From Eledone cirrhosa (lineage: Eukaryota), in NCBI GenBank assembly GCA_964016885.1, contig OZ024741.1, positions 382,788,001 to 382,852,000 on the forward strand: a DNA stretch of 64,000 nucleotides, read 5' to 3'. Both the position numbers and the translations under genes were made by a program. Below are positions 15,312-27,541 of this stretch, in pieces (within the stretch, counting starts at the first letter, position 1; each line of letters opens with the position of its first letter). Below the pieces are notes generated by a model. That model did not search any database. It was not told where the DNA came from and worked only from the letters and a program-made list of their open reading frames with translations.

Positions 15312-15315
15312 TATA

Positions 15316-15397
<82 letters not shown>

Positions 15398-15455
15398 GAT
15401 AAAGAATATTAATATATGTTCAGATAAAGAATCTTGCTAAACAAATTCAGAAACG

Positions 15456-15486
<31 letters not shown>

Positions 15487-15492
15487 GTTAGG

Positions 15493-15566
<74 letters not shown>

Positions 15567-17879
15567 CTATATTTATATTTATACATTTGCTAACTTCAGT
15601 CTGAGAACTGATAAACATTTCTCTATGTTTTGATATATAATAATTACATTCATATACATCCCGACCCATGCTTATCTGTATTCTAATATGTATGATGTCC
15701 AGCGTTTTAACCGCCTCAAACAGGTCTCTACGATATGCAGGCCCCTCGCAATCGAAAGTGGATCTAATTAGAATCACATCTTTTACGCCCAAAACGCCTT
15801 TTTGTTTAGCGGTCATCCCATATACCATTTTACTACATATTCATTGTAAGTGTGCCTCTGCCAAAACACCACTAACTAAATCGGAAATTACAAAGTTAAA
15901 AGACCTGAATAGGCATCTAAATAGTTAACAGAATTGAAAATAACGTTAATTGCGAAATATTAATTATTAATATGGACGTAATATGGCCGAGTGGTTAAGA
16001 TCCATTCGCTATCTTTAATTAGAGTGTTCGATCCTATTTCTGTGGCATGATGACATTCAATAAACCTCAGATCGACTCAAGCCTTTTGAGTGAAGCTGAG
16101 TAAATGGAAGTTGTTAGGGGATTTACCGGAGTGAATGTATTTGCAACTCAAAAGACCAGCCTTTTCAAACACTCTAAATCAGAACAACTCAATGAATTGC
16201 GGTATAGTATCACTTTTCTGTGGTAACTCACCTACAGGATCTTCCGTTCATCAAACAAATCCAACGTCCATCATTGAAACAAAACAAAATGTTTATAATG
16301 CTTTTATTACAAACTGTAAAACGCTCAAGGACCATCGAAAGTACACATTACACTGTTTTGCAATAATATTGTCTTACCAACGATATTCCCAAAAGACATT
16401 CTCTTCATATATAGGTCTATTCCGTCGTTCGTTTAAACAGAATTATCTGAATCTTTGGTGACATTAGTGGAATATAATCTATTGTAAGTAATTGTATCAT
16501 GCCACCAATCCGTAAAGCCATCAAAATAGTTATTAGCATTGATCATTCCCCGTGACAGCCAATAAAAATATACAGTAATATCTGATCAGATAAGAGCAAA
16601 GGCTATTGGAAGAGTATGCATATTTACAGGCGGCAAAACCCGGGGCAGTCGATCTATACCATTTAGTATTGGCTTACAAAGTTAAGCGGGTGCTATCATT
16701 ATTGTAAGAGTCTTTTATTCTGAGTGTTTATAATCCCCAATGTCCGAAGAAGTAATCTGTAGAACACAATGAATCTGGAATATTTGACACGTCCCCTGGA
16801 ATTTGGTAACTTACTAGTATGACATAAAGATGGGGTTTTACAAAAGTTTCACAATAGCAGCTGCCGGAGACTGTGAACATGGTGGTTACGCATGAACCGG
16901 GATAAACATTACGTAGATTTTCCATCTGCTTTTAGAAAGGTTATGTCAACACAATAATGTGATGCAAACTGTTTATAGCGCTCTACTGAATCTTTGAAGC
17001 AAGAATGGTTAGTATCATGTTGCAGCGCGTATATCGTATGTCTTCAACGCTGCTATTAAATTTCATTTCTGAGAGAACCTAATAGAGAATTGAAGACGTG
17101 GCAACACGATGGCAGTAATTGCTTATGTGATCCTGAGCTACTTCCGTTGATCATTCACCAAGGGAGAATTACGATATATGAGGCCTCATTTGTGTCTGTA
17201 GAACATGTGAATTCTTGAATGTGAATGGATGATGTATATCAGAGTTTCACTACATACTTTTCAAAGTATTCTGCTTTCCCTGCATGCACTAGTTATTTTT
17301 CAGCTATTATAATTATAATCATTCTGTTGTGGGCCTTTTTAATGAAGCAGTATTAGTTTGATAATACCATTTTCAGCATAGCCAATTAAGATTCAAAATC
17401 GCATAATGCATCTAGTAATGTTCTTCTTTCCCAATATTTTTATATTCTTTTTTTTTTTTTTAGTAAGATGCATCTGGCACCTCAGGTATTGTGTTTAAGT
17501 TATGAGATAATTGCCTTACCACGGATTTTAATTCTTAAAAATTACAGACCCCATTTGTCTCACGTTTTGTTTTATGTCAAATGCACCAAAATACTGTTTG
17601 CAATTTCAAATATTGAGCAACAAATTGCCAACATATCTGCTGGCAAATGATTCGACGAGATAATGGATATTGTTCGAAGTAAGGAAGACAGAAAACACTA
17701 TTTCTTGTTCTAAAGTCATACTGAATATTTATTGAAAGTTAGTAATTGCGCATTTACGGTTAAACACCTCTGCATTTCTAACTGAAATCCTTCATAGGCC
17801 AATACATACATTCATATATAGATACATACGTAAATACATACATATATAGATACATACGTAAAAACATACATACATACAT

Positions 17880-18432
17880 GGTGGCTGCCAACTCGTTTTC
17901 GAGTAGAGCCACTACTTTATATCCATGTAGGAGAATCCCTACCGATGCGCTGAACGAGTGTGACTTTTTAGTCCAGCCAGCAACTTGAAAACTCTGGTAC
18001 AAACACTACACTTGTGACAATTATTGACACATAGTGATGGGCCCATGGTACCATGTGATGACAAGTGCAGCGAGATCTCCAGATATAAAGCAATGCCTGT
18101 GCCCTGAAGCTTTTATAGTGAGCAAAGGCACTGCACAAAGCCAATCCCACTCTCTTAACCAAGATGATATTTACCAAAAAGAAGAACAAGTCAACATCAT
18201 TGGATACCATCAGAGTTGCAGGTGTTATATCAGAGTTTTCTTTCTCCTCGAATTCTGCCTTGACAAAGGCTAAGTGGGTCATCTCTCCCGATGATTTTGG
18301 ATGGCCATTGACTCTTAAGAGCTCCTTTGTCCTTTGACAGGTTTTGTTTTTAGTCCTGCAGGATGTCCCTCCTCACCCTCCTCACCAAGAAACCTTGGTG
18401 GGGTTGCCAGTTTAGTAGCCAACGACCCGACC
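17880..18432 (-). mobile_element. Family E copy 2
   Basis: Collinear with 12356-12891; flanked by (TACA)n. Confidence 0.7.
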
Positions 18433-18689
18433 ATGGGACATACATACATACATACATATATCCAATTTTGTTGTCATATGGCGAAGGTTGTGGTCAATCT
18501 GATAATCAGTCGTGTGATAATCCTTGTGTGTTATTACATATATGAAGGCAAAATATCATATATTGGAAACGTTTGTAAGATTATACTATTTACTTTGACC
18601 ACTGAGAAAATGACGCTGTGCATCGCAGAGATCCATCTTCTGAAGACGGTGCCGAAGCTAACTACTCTGAGAACACCAATTACATATAT

Positions 18690-20820
18690 GCTGACGGCAA
18701 TTAGATATATTTCTACAGACCTGAGGTCATTGAGCAGGTGACCGTGCTTCCAGGGTGACACCAGGCCTCGAATAAAGTTCCTACTCTTAATATGGCCATC
18801 TTGGCAGGTTAAAAGTGAGGGGAAAGGATTTATTACTTTCCGGGCTATTGAGAAGGTGGGTTGGTTCGACGTTCATAGTAGGTGGAGTTTCCTCTGGGAA
18901 CCTACTTAAAAGTTTCGATGTAGGTTTAACGTTCGGGGTTCCGACGGCCTGAAGAAAACTCTCCCGAATTCCTTTGTAGAACTCGAGTGACATTCGCACC
19001 TGAAATAAATCGTGTGGCACGCGAAATGTGCTCTATTCAAAAATATCCCCCTCTGTTTGAATGTCTACTTCGTGGTTTGAATACCATCAATTCCTTATTA
19101 TCCCTTCTGACAAGCACGAAGTATCGTATGTTTTGTTGGTGCGGTTTTATTTGTTTGCGTGACTGTGGTGGTTTTGGGTTTGATTGTGTTGTTCGGTTGT
19201 GTCTGTGTTTGTTGTGAGTGCGGTGTTTGTGGTTCCAGATCTCTGTGTGTGTTTAGGTTGTTTAAGTTTGGGGGATTCTGGTGATGATGATGGTGATGGT
19301 GTTGGTGGTGTTTGTATTGGTGTTGTTGGGGAGAAATGTGCATGGGTGGTGTCTGCATTTTTTCCTTTACTGTGGGTGTTTTTGTGCTTTGTTGAATTTC
19401 TTTCTTTGTGTGTTTTCATACTTGTTTTGGGGAAGATTTTCGTTTTGCTTCATCTTCACTACTGGAAGATGTGAGGTCTGTGGCTGTACGTGTGTCTGTG
19501 TCAGTGTGTGTTTATGTTTTCGTTCATATGTGTATCTTTGCAGAGAGAGGGAGGAGGGCAGCCCCCCCCCCATTGTTGGGTGTAGCGCTTCCATTGGGGT
19601 TATTGCTGGTGTGTTTGCCAGTGCTAGTGTTGGATGTGGTCCTCGCCCTGGCAACGGCAGTAGTGGTGACCTTCACCCCCTTTCAGCAATAGAAGGCAGA
19701 ATTCGCGCAAATGGGTTGTTTCTCCGCAAACGAAATAATGCGGTCTTCTGCCATCAGTAATTATATGTACCACCGTCCCGTTCTGGAGACGGATGTGGTC
19801 CGGGATTGTTTTTACATTCTCGGGCCTGATCTAGAGAAGTATCTCAAGGTGTACCACGGGCAAGTCCTCAATCGGGACGGTATCCGTGCCCTCTACAGTC
19901 ACGCATCCCAGGAGCCACCACATGTCAAGTCCTGGTTGAATCCTGGGAATGCAGACACAAGCCGTTTCTATATGGGAGGAGTACATTACTTGTTTTGCAA
20001 GGGGTCATTGCATGTTTCATAGCGAGGGCTTCTGACTTAAACAACACCGAAATGGTGCCGTATTTTCTGCCCGTCAATATGTACTCAGTGTCATACCTGA
20101 TGCACCTCAGAGCGGCTTCGATATCTACCTGGGCAATTAAAGCCACCCTCTTTGTTTCTGCTGAGATGCATTTGAAATGGGCCAATTTTTTATCTTTATT
20201 CGTGAGTTGCATGCTGAGGCATGGCCTCTTTTTGGCTACTGCCGTAGCGAAAGTGTTCTTGTTTTTGGTAATGATCTTGTTGTTGGTGGTGTTATTGGTG
20301 TTGTCATTATTGTTGGTGTTGTCGTTGTTCTTGTTGGTGCTGTTGCTGTTGTTGTTGTCGTTGTTCTTGTTGGTGTTGTTGCTGTTGTCGCTATTGCAGT
20401 TGGTTTTATCTTTGGTGCCGCTGGTGTTGTTTTCGGTGCAGTTGGCTTTGTTGATGTTGGTGCTGTCGCTGTTTATGTTCTTGTTGGTGGTGTTAATTTC
20501 GTTGTTTTTGTTGTCATTTTTTTTAGGTTAGTGTTCTCACACTTGCTGTTTTTGCTGTTGTTGTTCATGTTGTTTGTGTTGGTGTTTGTTGTATAAATTA
20601 TTGTCTGCACCGTATCACTCTTCTCAACGTTTCAGTCGCTGTCACACGACAGCAGACCTACCGTTGGAGAGGCGTAATTCAGCTATGTTCTTTCTTCGAT
20701 AATTTCGTGTTTTTTTTAAATACACAAAGTTCAAATATTTGGGCCCAAAACCCAAATATTATAGCGTCTCCCCTTCACAGAGCAAAGGCGGAAGACTTAT
20801 GACCCTTTTCACAAAATGCA
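18690..20820 (-). mobile_element. 5' portion of a Tx1/L1-like LINE (low-complexity ORF1 plus start of APE endonuclease), degraded
   Basis: MAILRVGTL-/RGLVSPWKHGHLLNDLRSVEIYLIAV near 18800-18695 resembles an APE N-terminus. ORF1-like peptide at 19925-20212. (AAC)n-rich leader. Confidence 0.5.
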
Positions 20821-20914
20821 ACAATTATTACAAATGGAAATAAATTGAGAATTTACCAATTTTGTGGATCTCTGAAAAGACGTCTACACTGCCTGACAGC
20901 CAATAATGATAATA

Positions 20915-21340
20915 ATAATTGTTTCTACTTTTGGCACAAGGCCAGCAATTATCCCAGTGCATTACTTGGTACTTTATTTTATCGACCCCGTAAGGATGAA
21001 AGGCAAAGTTAACCTCGGCGGGATTTAAACTAAGATCATAAAGGGAGGTAACTCTATGCTTCAAAGCATGGCGTCCGACGCTCTACCGATACTGCCAATC
21101 CACCGCAATTAATAATAATAATAATAATAATAATGGTTTCTTATATAGGCACAAGGCCAGCTATTTTGGGGAAGGGGAAAGTCGATTAAATCGACCTAGT
21201 GGGTGACTGGTACTTTATTTTATCGAACGCCGTAAGGATGTAAGGCAAAGTTAACCTCGGGGGATTTGAACTCAGATCATAAAGAGCTGTGACTCTATGC
21301 TGCAAAGCATGACATCCGACCCTCTACCGACACTGCCAAA
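20915..21340 (-). mobile_element. Two tandem SINE copies (20915-21106; longer variant 21130-21340)
   Basis: Box A/B and body shared with the other copies. Confidence 0.88.
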
Positions 21341-24284
21341 CTTCTTATTGGACTGAAGGGCCTACTATAGACTATACTATATACAGTGTCAGTGGGATTT
21401 ACATATAAAACGTGTAAAAAATATAACAATCACAATATAACTATAAATATGAAAATTTCCCAATAGGGAGGATATCCACCAAGGGTCGACTAGGTACCCC
21501 ACCAATACTGAACCACTCGACTCTTCGAGGGAACCCGAGAAGGGCACCCCTCTCCTTTTAAAATTAACCAGGCGCATGCTCAGAGTTGGCCAACTCACAT
21601 GGTCCATTTTCGCCACATTCACCCATCTTTTGGAAAATGTGCTGCAGGGGAAGCACTTCTCACTCAATCCTCACCTTCCTTTATGAATTCGTCCTCATTT
21701 TATTCATTGATTCATTCGTTCTATTTGCTCCACATAAATCTCCCGCTGTTCACCCAATCATGTATGTCATCGCTGCACTATCCGTAAAAAGCCTGGTTCC
21801 TGCGTAACAACAAAAAATATTATTTTTATTCTTATGATTTAAGAGGAGGAATAAAAATCATATTAACATGAGATGTATCAAAATGGTGTAATATCGGTGG
21901 TAAAAGATGGTAAATATTATAATGATTGTACGATGATTGCGATGTGAAAACAATTTACCTTAGATTCCACAGACATAGTTATATTTTTGATATTTAATCT
22001 AATGAATATACACGTTCTTGTGCAATATCTTTAAACCTCTAAATATGCTAACCCGACACCAGCGACTACAAAAGACTGAAATATTTAGCTCTAGTGTATT
22101 ATTACAAAACAGAAGTTGTTAATATATGACAATTATATTACAACGTCAATGATGTGAATCTTGTGGTTTAGAATATATAACGTCTCACATTAAAACGCAA
22201 AGGCATATTAATTGGGTGCATAATTTAAATGACGTTATTCTGTAGAATCTCATTATATATCCACCAGTAGTATCCCAGATAATTCCTTTACAGAAACTAA
22301 AGGAAAATACAAGTGACAATAATTCAATTCATTAATCAGATCTATAGTTGTTGCGTTTTTTAACGGCGTTACATCTGCTTCATTTAGCCATACTCTGATG
22401 AGGTAACATTTTATTTGATGTTTCTCCTGTGCTTTCATGATAGGGAGACTGGTTATCTCATATCACCATGGAATTCTAAACGTGGAAAACCAGGAGTGAT
22501 GTTGCATAATCTCCCCACCGACGTGGGAAGATTATGCAATATCAATTCGCCGATTACCAACTCTAGAGAGGTATCGATCACGAAAGGATAAAATGCAAAC
22601 GTAATGATGGCGCGACTCGAGTCAATAGCACAGAGATCCGGTACAAATCCGCAAGTTATTTATTACGCCACTATAATGACCTTGCTGGTTTGATTTATGA
22701 AAATCAACCAAATGTAATAGCTCGTTAGTCAATTTCTGACTTGACAAAAACCAATCAAATAAGCTCAGAAGAATATTTGTTTGCATTTAGGAAGGATTTC
22801 TTGAGAGGTAATTACCTTGATGAATGATGTAAGTGAAGATAAGCGATTAATGCCTACTTCCATTATCGAAAAGTCATAAAAATTCTTTCATATGTTGTTA
22901 TCTAAGAATACCGAGACCCTTCTCCTCCGAGCCATTAGGAAGATAGGAAATTGCATATTCATATCAACTAATGAAAATTATAAAGATAGATGATCGTTGA
23001 AATCTGGTTATTTAATATATTGTGATCCACGAAGACAGTTATACAATATGCCTGTTAGAGATACAGTACATGGCCGAATAATAAGGGATACACCATATGG
23101 CTAATAATTTGTATTAAAATAAAACACTCTAGATGCCATAATCGATCACTTTCAATTTACGTCTATGTTTAGGTTAACACGAGTCTTGTAGGTGGAAGGG
23201 TGGTTTATCACCTGCCAAGTGAATGTGACCAAATCAATGTATATTAATATTTCGGACTATTTTTGAGAGACTAAATAACGGTTTAATATCATGGTTCAAT
23301 ATACTAACTGAATGGAAGCATAATGTTGGAGGATATTTGAAAAGCCTAGCCATTGACAAATTAGACGTTAACTCATATTGTTCGAAAGTAAGTTCAATTT
23401 GTTTACATATCGCAGCCTGTTTTTCAGAATGTTTAGGAATGCATGCTGGTAGATAATATTGAGAATACATATGATGCTGTACAGTCTTCATGAGCCGATT
23501 AACTTTGGTCCATGGGAAGCATTGGATGCCAGTGTCTATAATAAAGTGAAATGGAAGAATTATGTATTAAAGAATGCAACATCTGCATGCTGGGCAGAGG
23601 AAAGGATAGTTCAAGTTTTGATCATTTAGATCACATGTGGTTCCCGGAAATGCAAAAAGAAACGAAAGATGTCACAAGATACGTTCTATTCATGTGTGAG
23701 TAGCACCATCCTTGTTTCGAACAAGTTTCTTCTTTTATATTAGAAGATACCTATTATTTTCGTGTTGTCCTCATAGACGGTGAGGACAGCTGCAAATAGA
23801 CAAGGAATGGCTATTGCGTGCGGCATGACGTAAGCCGAATAATCTCGTCGTTCCTGAATGGTGATAGGGAGTGGGATATTTTTCTCATGTGCGATAGCAT
23901 ACGTCACATCCAATGTTCCAAATATGCCTCGGGTGGCCAGCTTATACGTCCCCATATGTACGCATCGGAAGGATTCCGAGATTTGAGGAACGGTAGCCTG
24001 CTCCACCCGGCACGACTTAACTCCAATTGTATGGCATGTCAGCATACATCTAAGAATGTTATCTATTACGTAGGATAGCTTACATTGTGACCTTTCTTTG
24101 GTACTAACGTCTTTGTCTCTTTTACTTCTTTCTCTCTGAGAATTAGTTTCCTTAAATTGTTTGTTGCCTCCACAAAGGAACTGGAACTTCTCTCGTGTTG
24201 CTATAAGGTTGTGGTGCAACTCGCTTATTGACTCATCGGCTGGCGTGCTGGTAACAGTCTAACCTATTTCACAGTTCTACACTG

Positions 24285-24336
<52 letters not shown>

Positions 24337-24494
24337 TAGGATAGGTGCTCCGAAATAGCGATGTATACATGAATGTATGTATAGTATATTTGGTAATATA
24401 CTGTATGTTTAATTCAAAACATTTTGAAGACCTTGCGCTATTATTTTAAAGTAGTGACTATGTCACTTACTTCTTTTTCCAGGGAGGGAGAGAA

Positions 24495-24535
24495 GCTGAC
24501 ATATTCTGTTTCACACTGTTGGTGTTCCTCAGAGC
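24495..24535 (-). ncRNA. Type I HHR (family F)
   Basis: gct-CTGAGGA-acac caaca gtgt-GAAA-ca gaata tg-TC-agc. Confidence 0.85.
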
Positions 24536-24838
24536 AACGTACTCGTCGACCTCTGCTGAAATGTATAGAGGATGGATTCTTATAAAATTCCAGTAATACT
24601 CAGGAACTGATTATACAGAGCGATTGCCGGTCCAGCAAAAATTAAAAATTATGATTGGTGCTCTGAAATAGCGATGTATACATGAATGTATGTATAGTAT
24701 ATTTGGTAATATACTGTATGTTTAATTCAAAACACTTTGAAGACTTTACGCTATTATTTTAAAGTAGTGACTATGTCACTTACTTCGTTTTTCAGAATCA
24801 AGCATCTATAATTTTCAGCAGAGGTCGGCGAGTACGTT

Positions 24839-24879
24839 GCTCTGAGGAACACCAACAGTGTGAAACAGAATCTGTCAGC
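24839..24879 (+). ncRNA. Type I HHR (family F), canonical core
   Basis: gct-CTGAGGA-acac caaca gtgt-GAAA-cag aat ctg-TC-agc. Confidence 0.88.
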
Positions 24880-25033
24880 TTCTGTCCCTTCCTTTGCTGA
24901 ACAAAGAAGTGACATAATCACTACTTTAAAATAATAGCGCAATGTCTTTAAAATGTTTTAATTAAACATACAGTATATTACTAAACATACTATACGTACA
25001 TTCATATATATATATATATACAAGTATATATAT

Positions 25034-26217
25034 ATTGTTATGCTTTGGGAGGGTCTTGTTGCCAATAAAAAACACACGCACCAGTTGCTTTCACTTCAAT
25101 TTATTATAAATTAAATTTATACATTTAGGAATTTATACATTTCCGGTTGGCTGGTTGGTTCCACAACCAGACGATTGTTTATATATTGTCAAAGTTCTTT
25201 TGTCACACATTCTGTGACCTCTTCAGTCACTGGGGATTATTTTCTTTGTTTTTGTGCCTCTCCTTTGTTCTATCCTACGCCATCTTGTTTTTGTGTGTGT
25301 TGTGTGCTTAGTTTGCGCATGTGTTACATCCGGGTGTCCGTGTGTGTTTATATTTATTTATTTATTTGTTTATTTACATCTTACTGCTTGGTTGTTTGTT
25401 CTATGTGTGTGTGTTTTCATTTTGTCCTTAATTGTAAGTTGTGATGTTGCTGTTCCATTTATGTTTTCTATTTAATTTTGGTTGGAGTTCATTTATGTTT
25501 ATTGCCTCTGTGATTTGTCTAAACATTGCGTCTTTTCTGTATGTAGATTCTATTTTTATTTCTATGTTCTCTAATTTACCCTTATGTTCTATTTTAGCAT
25601 GTTGGTGGCGTACGGATGATTATTTAGTATCTTGAACGTCTCGCCAGTGTTCATTTATCCGTTCCCCTACACTACGAGCTGTCTCACCTATGTACACTAT
25701 ATTCTTATCTCTACATTGTCCTTCAGTACATCTTATGCTATATACTACATTTCTAGTTTTACAGTTAATATGGGGGCTTAGTTTACAGATTATACATTAC
25801 TTATCTATACAGGGAGGTCTTTGAAAAGGGTATGTATTGCTAATGAGTGTTTTTATAGAGGTACCTGGTCTTTCTACTATCTGAATATTGAGTTTATGTT
25901 TATCTAGGACACTTCTAAATTTGTAAGCTAATTTACCTCTAGGGGTTGTATCGATGAACATTACACTCTGGTATTTATTACTATCATACCATGAGTTTAT
26001 TCTATTAACCTTATTCCTAGTTCTTTCTATTCTATTGCAAAAATTTGCTCCTATACAAGGGGCAGGTTCCATTTCTAACATTATGTACCATTTTTTCCCA
26101 TTTGGTTCTGGCTCCTCTATATACTTTGATTTTTATTGTCATCATGACCCTCCCAAAGCATATCAGTTTCAACACACGTATTCAGATAAAGAATCTTGCT
26201 AAACAAATTCAGAAACG

Positions 26218-26220
<3 letters not shown>
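25034..26220 (-). mobile_element. 5'-truncated PLE family C (RT end plus GIY-YIG plus 3' UTR) with an inverted 3' stub
   Basis: SWYDSNKYQSVMFIDTTPRG..IVERPG, CKTRNVVYSIRC. Degenerate HHR at 25188-25230. Confidence 0.85.
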
Positions 26221-26295
<75 letters not shown>

Positions 26296-26309
26296 GTATA
26301 TATTTATAT

Positions 26310-26622
26310 AAAAAAGACATGTTTCGCTCTACATGGGTGAATACAATAAATGTAATCTGAGTTTTTCGAATATTAAAAATAACGTTTGCAATTATGCAAA
26401 GAAGCCTCAATTTTATAGCCATGTCAGTAGAATGAACCCTTCATTCTTGCTCTTGTGTTGGCATGTGACCAGAACTGCAGTTCTGTTCACATGCCAAACA
26501 AAAGAGCAAGAATGAATGGTTCATTATTCTGACATGGCTATAAAGTTGAGGTTTGTTTGCATAATTGCAACCAAATCGAATGTTATTATTAATATTCGAA
26601 AATCTCAGATTACATTTATTAT
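26310..26622. repeat. Family G fold-back centred on the HHR cleavage site
   Basis: Palindrome centre agaactgcagttct (26471-26484). The right arm starts with tgcagttc, the first bases after GUC in the 4462 HHR. Confidence 0.8.
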
Positions 26623-26683
26623 ATATATATATATATATAAGTATGTATGTATGTATATATATATTTATATGTAAATATATACC

Positions 26684-26729
<46 letters not shown>

Positions 26730-27065
26730 CACACACATACATAAATCTATGACTAAATGTGTGCTTGCATAAATGCAGGAAGTGGGGAAAGTAGGTCAAC
26801 ATGATAATTAAAAGTGATGCTTTTGAACATTGCATTTGATATGAAGACATCTTATGAATAAAAACATCTAATGTAGTGATGTCATGAAAGGACATCAATA
26901 TATTTCATCAAGACTGTAATTAAAATTATGAACGATAAACAAAACATTGTGTTCCAAATATATTTTTCTAACATTCATAAAACTTACAAATGATTATGAT
27001 ATGGAAATTATACTAATGTACCAATCAAACATATATGAAGCTTAACATTATCAGTAATGTACATT

Positions 27066-27443
27066 AGATTGGCAGTGTTGGTAGAGGCTCGGACGCTATG
27101 ATTGCAGCATAGTTACGCCCCTTTACGGACTGAGTTCAAATCCCGCCGAGGTTAACTTTGCCTTTCATCCTTACGGGGTCGATAATATAAAGTACCAGTA
27201 ATGGCCTTGTGCCAAATGTAGAAACAATTATTTTACATAGACACTTAATTTGTGTATTTATATCTATATATGTTTACATCAATGTGGTTATAAGCTGACT
27301 TACGTTTAATATTACAAGGCGGTGGATTGGCAGTATTCGTAGAGAGTAGGGCGCCAAGCCTTACAGCATAGAGTTACGTCCCTTTTCGGTGAAGTTCAAA
27401 TCCCACCGGGGTTAACTTTGCCTTCCATTCTTACGGGGTCGAT
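27066..27443 (+). mobile_element. Two SINE copies (27066-27232; partial 27317-27443)
   Basis: Box A/B motifs and body. Confidence 0.85.
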
Positions 27444-27491
27444 TTATGTGAGTATTTATGGATCAATCTCTCTCCCTCCCTCCTCTATCTA

Positions 27492-27539
<48 letters not shown>

Positions 27540-27541
<2 letters not shown>

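Larger units (their letters stand above)
24332..25005. mobile_element. Family F retrozyme-like array: 313-bp tandem monomers (minus) plus an inverted partial monomer (plus), TA-flanked
   Basis: gaaatagcgatgtatacatg at 24352 and 24665. Inverted copy at 24810-25005. Two HHRs. No ORF. Confidence 0.85.

Noticed and set aside
23740-24219. 159-aa ORF as a host gene
   Set aside because: Non-ATG start, no recognisable domain and a weak splice acceptor.
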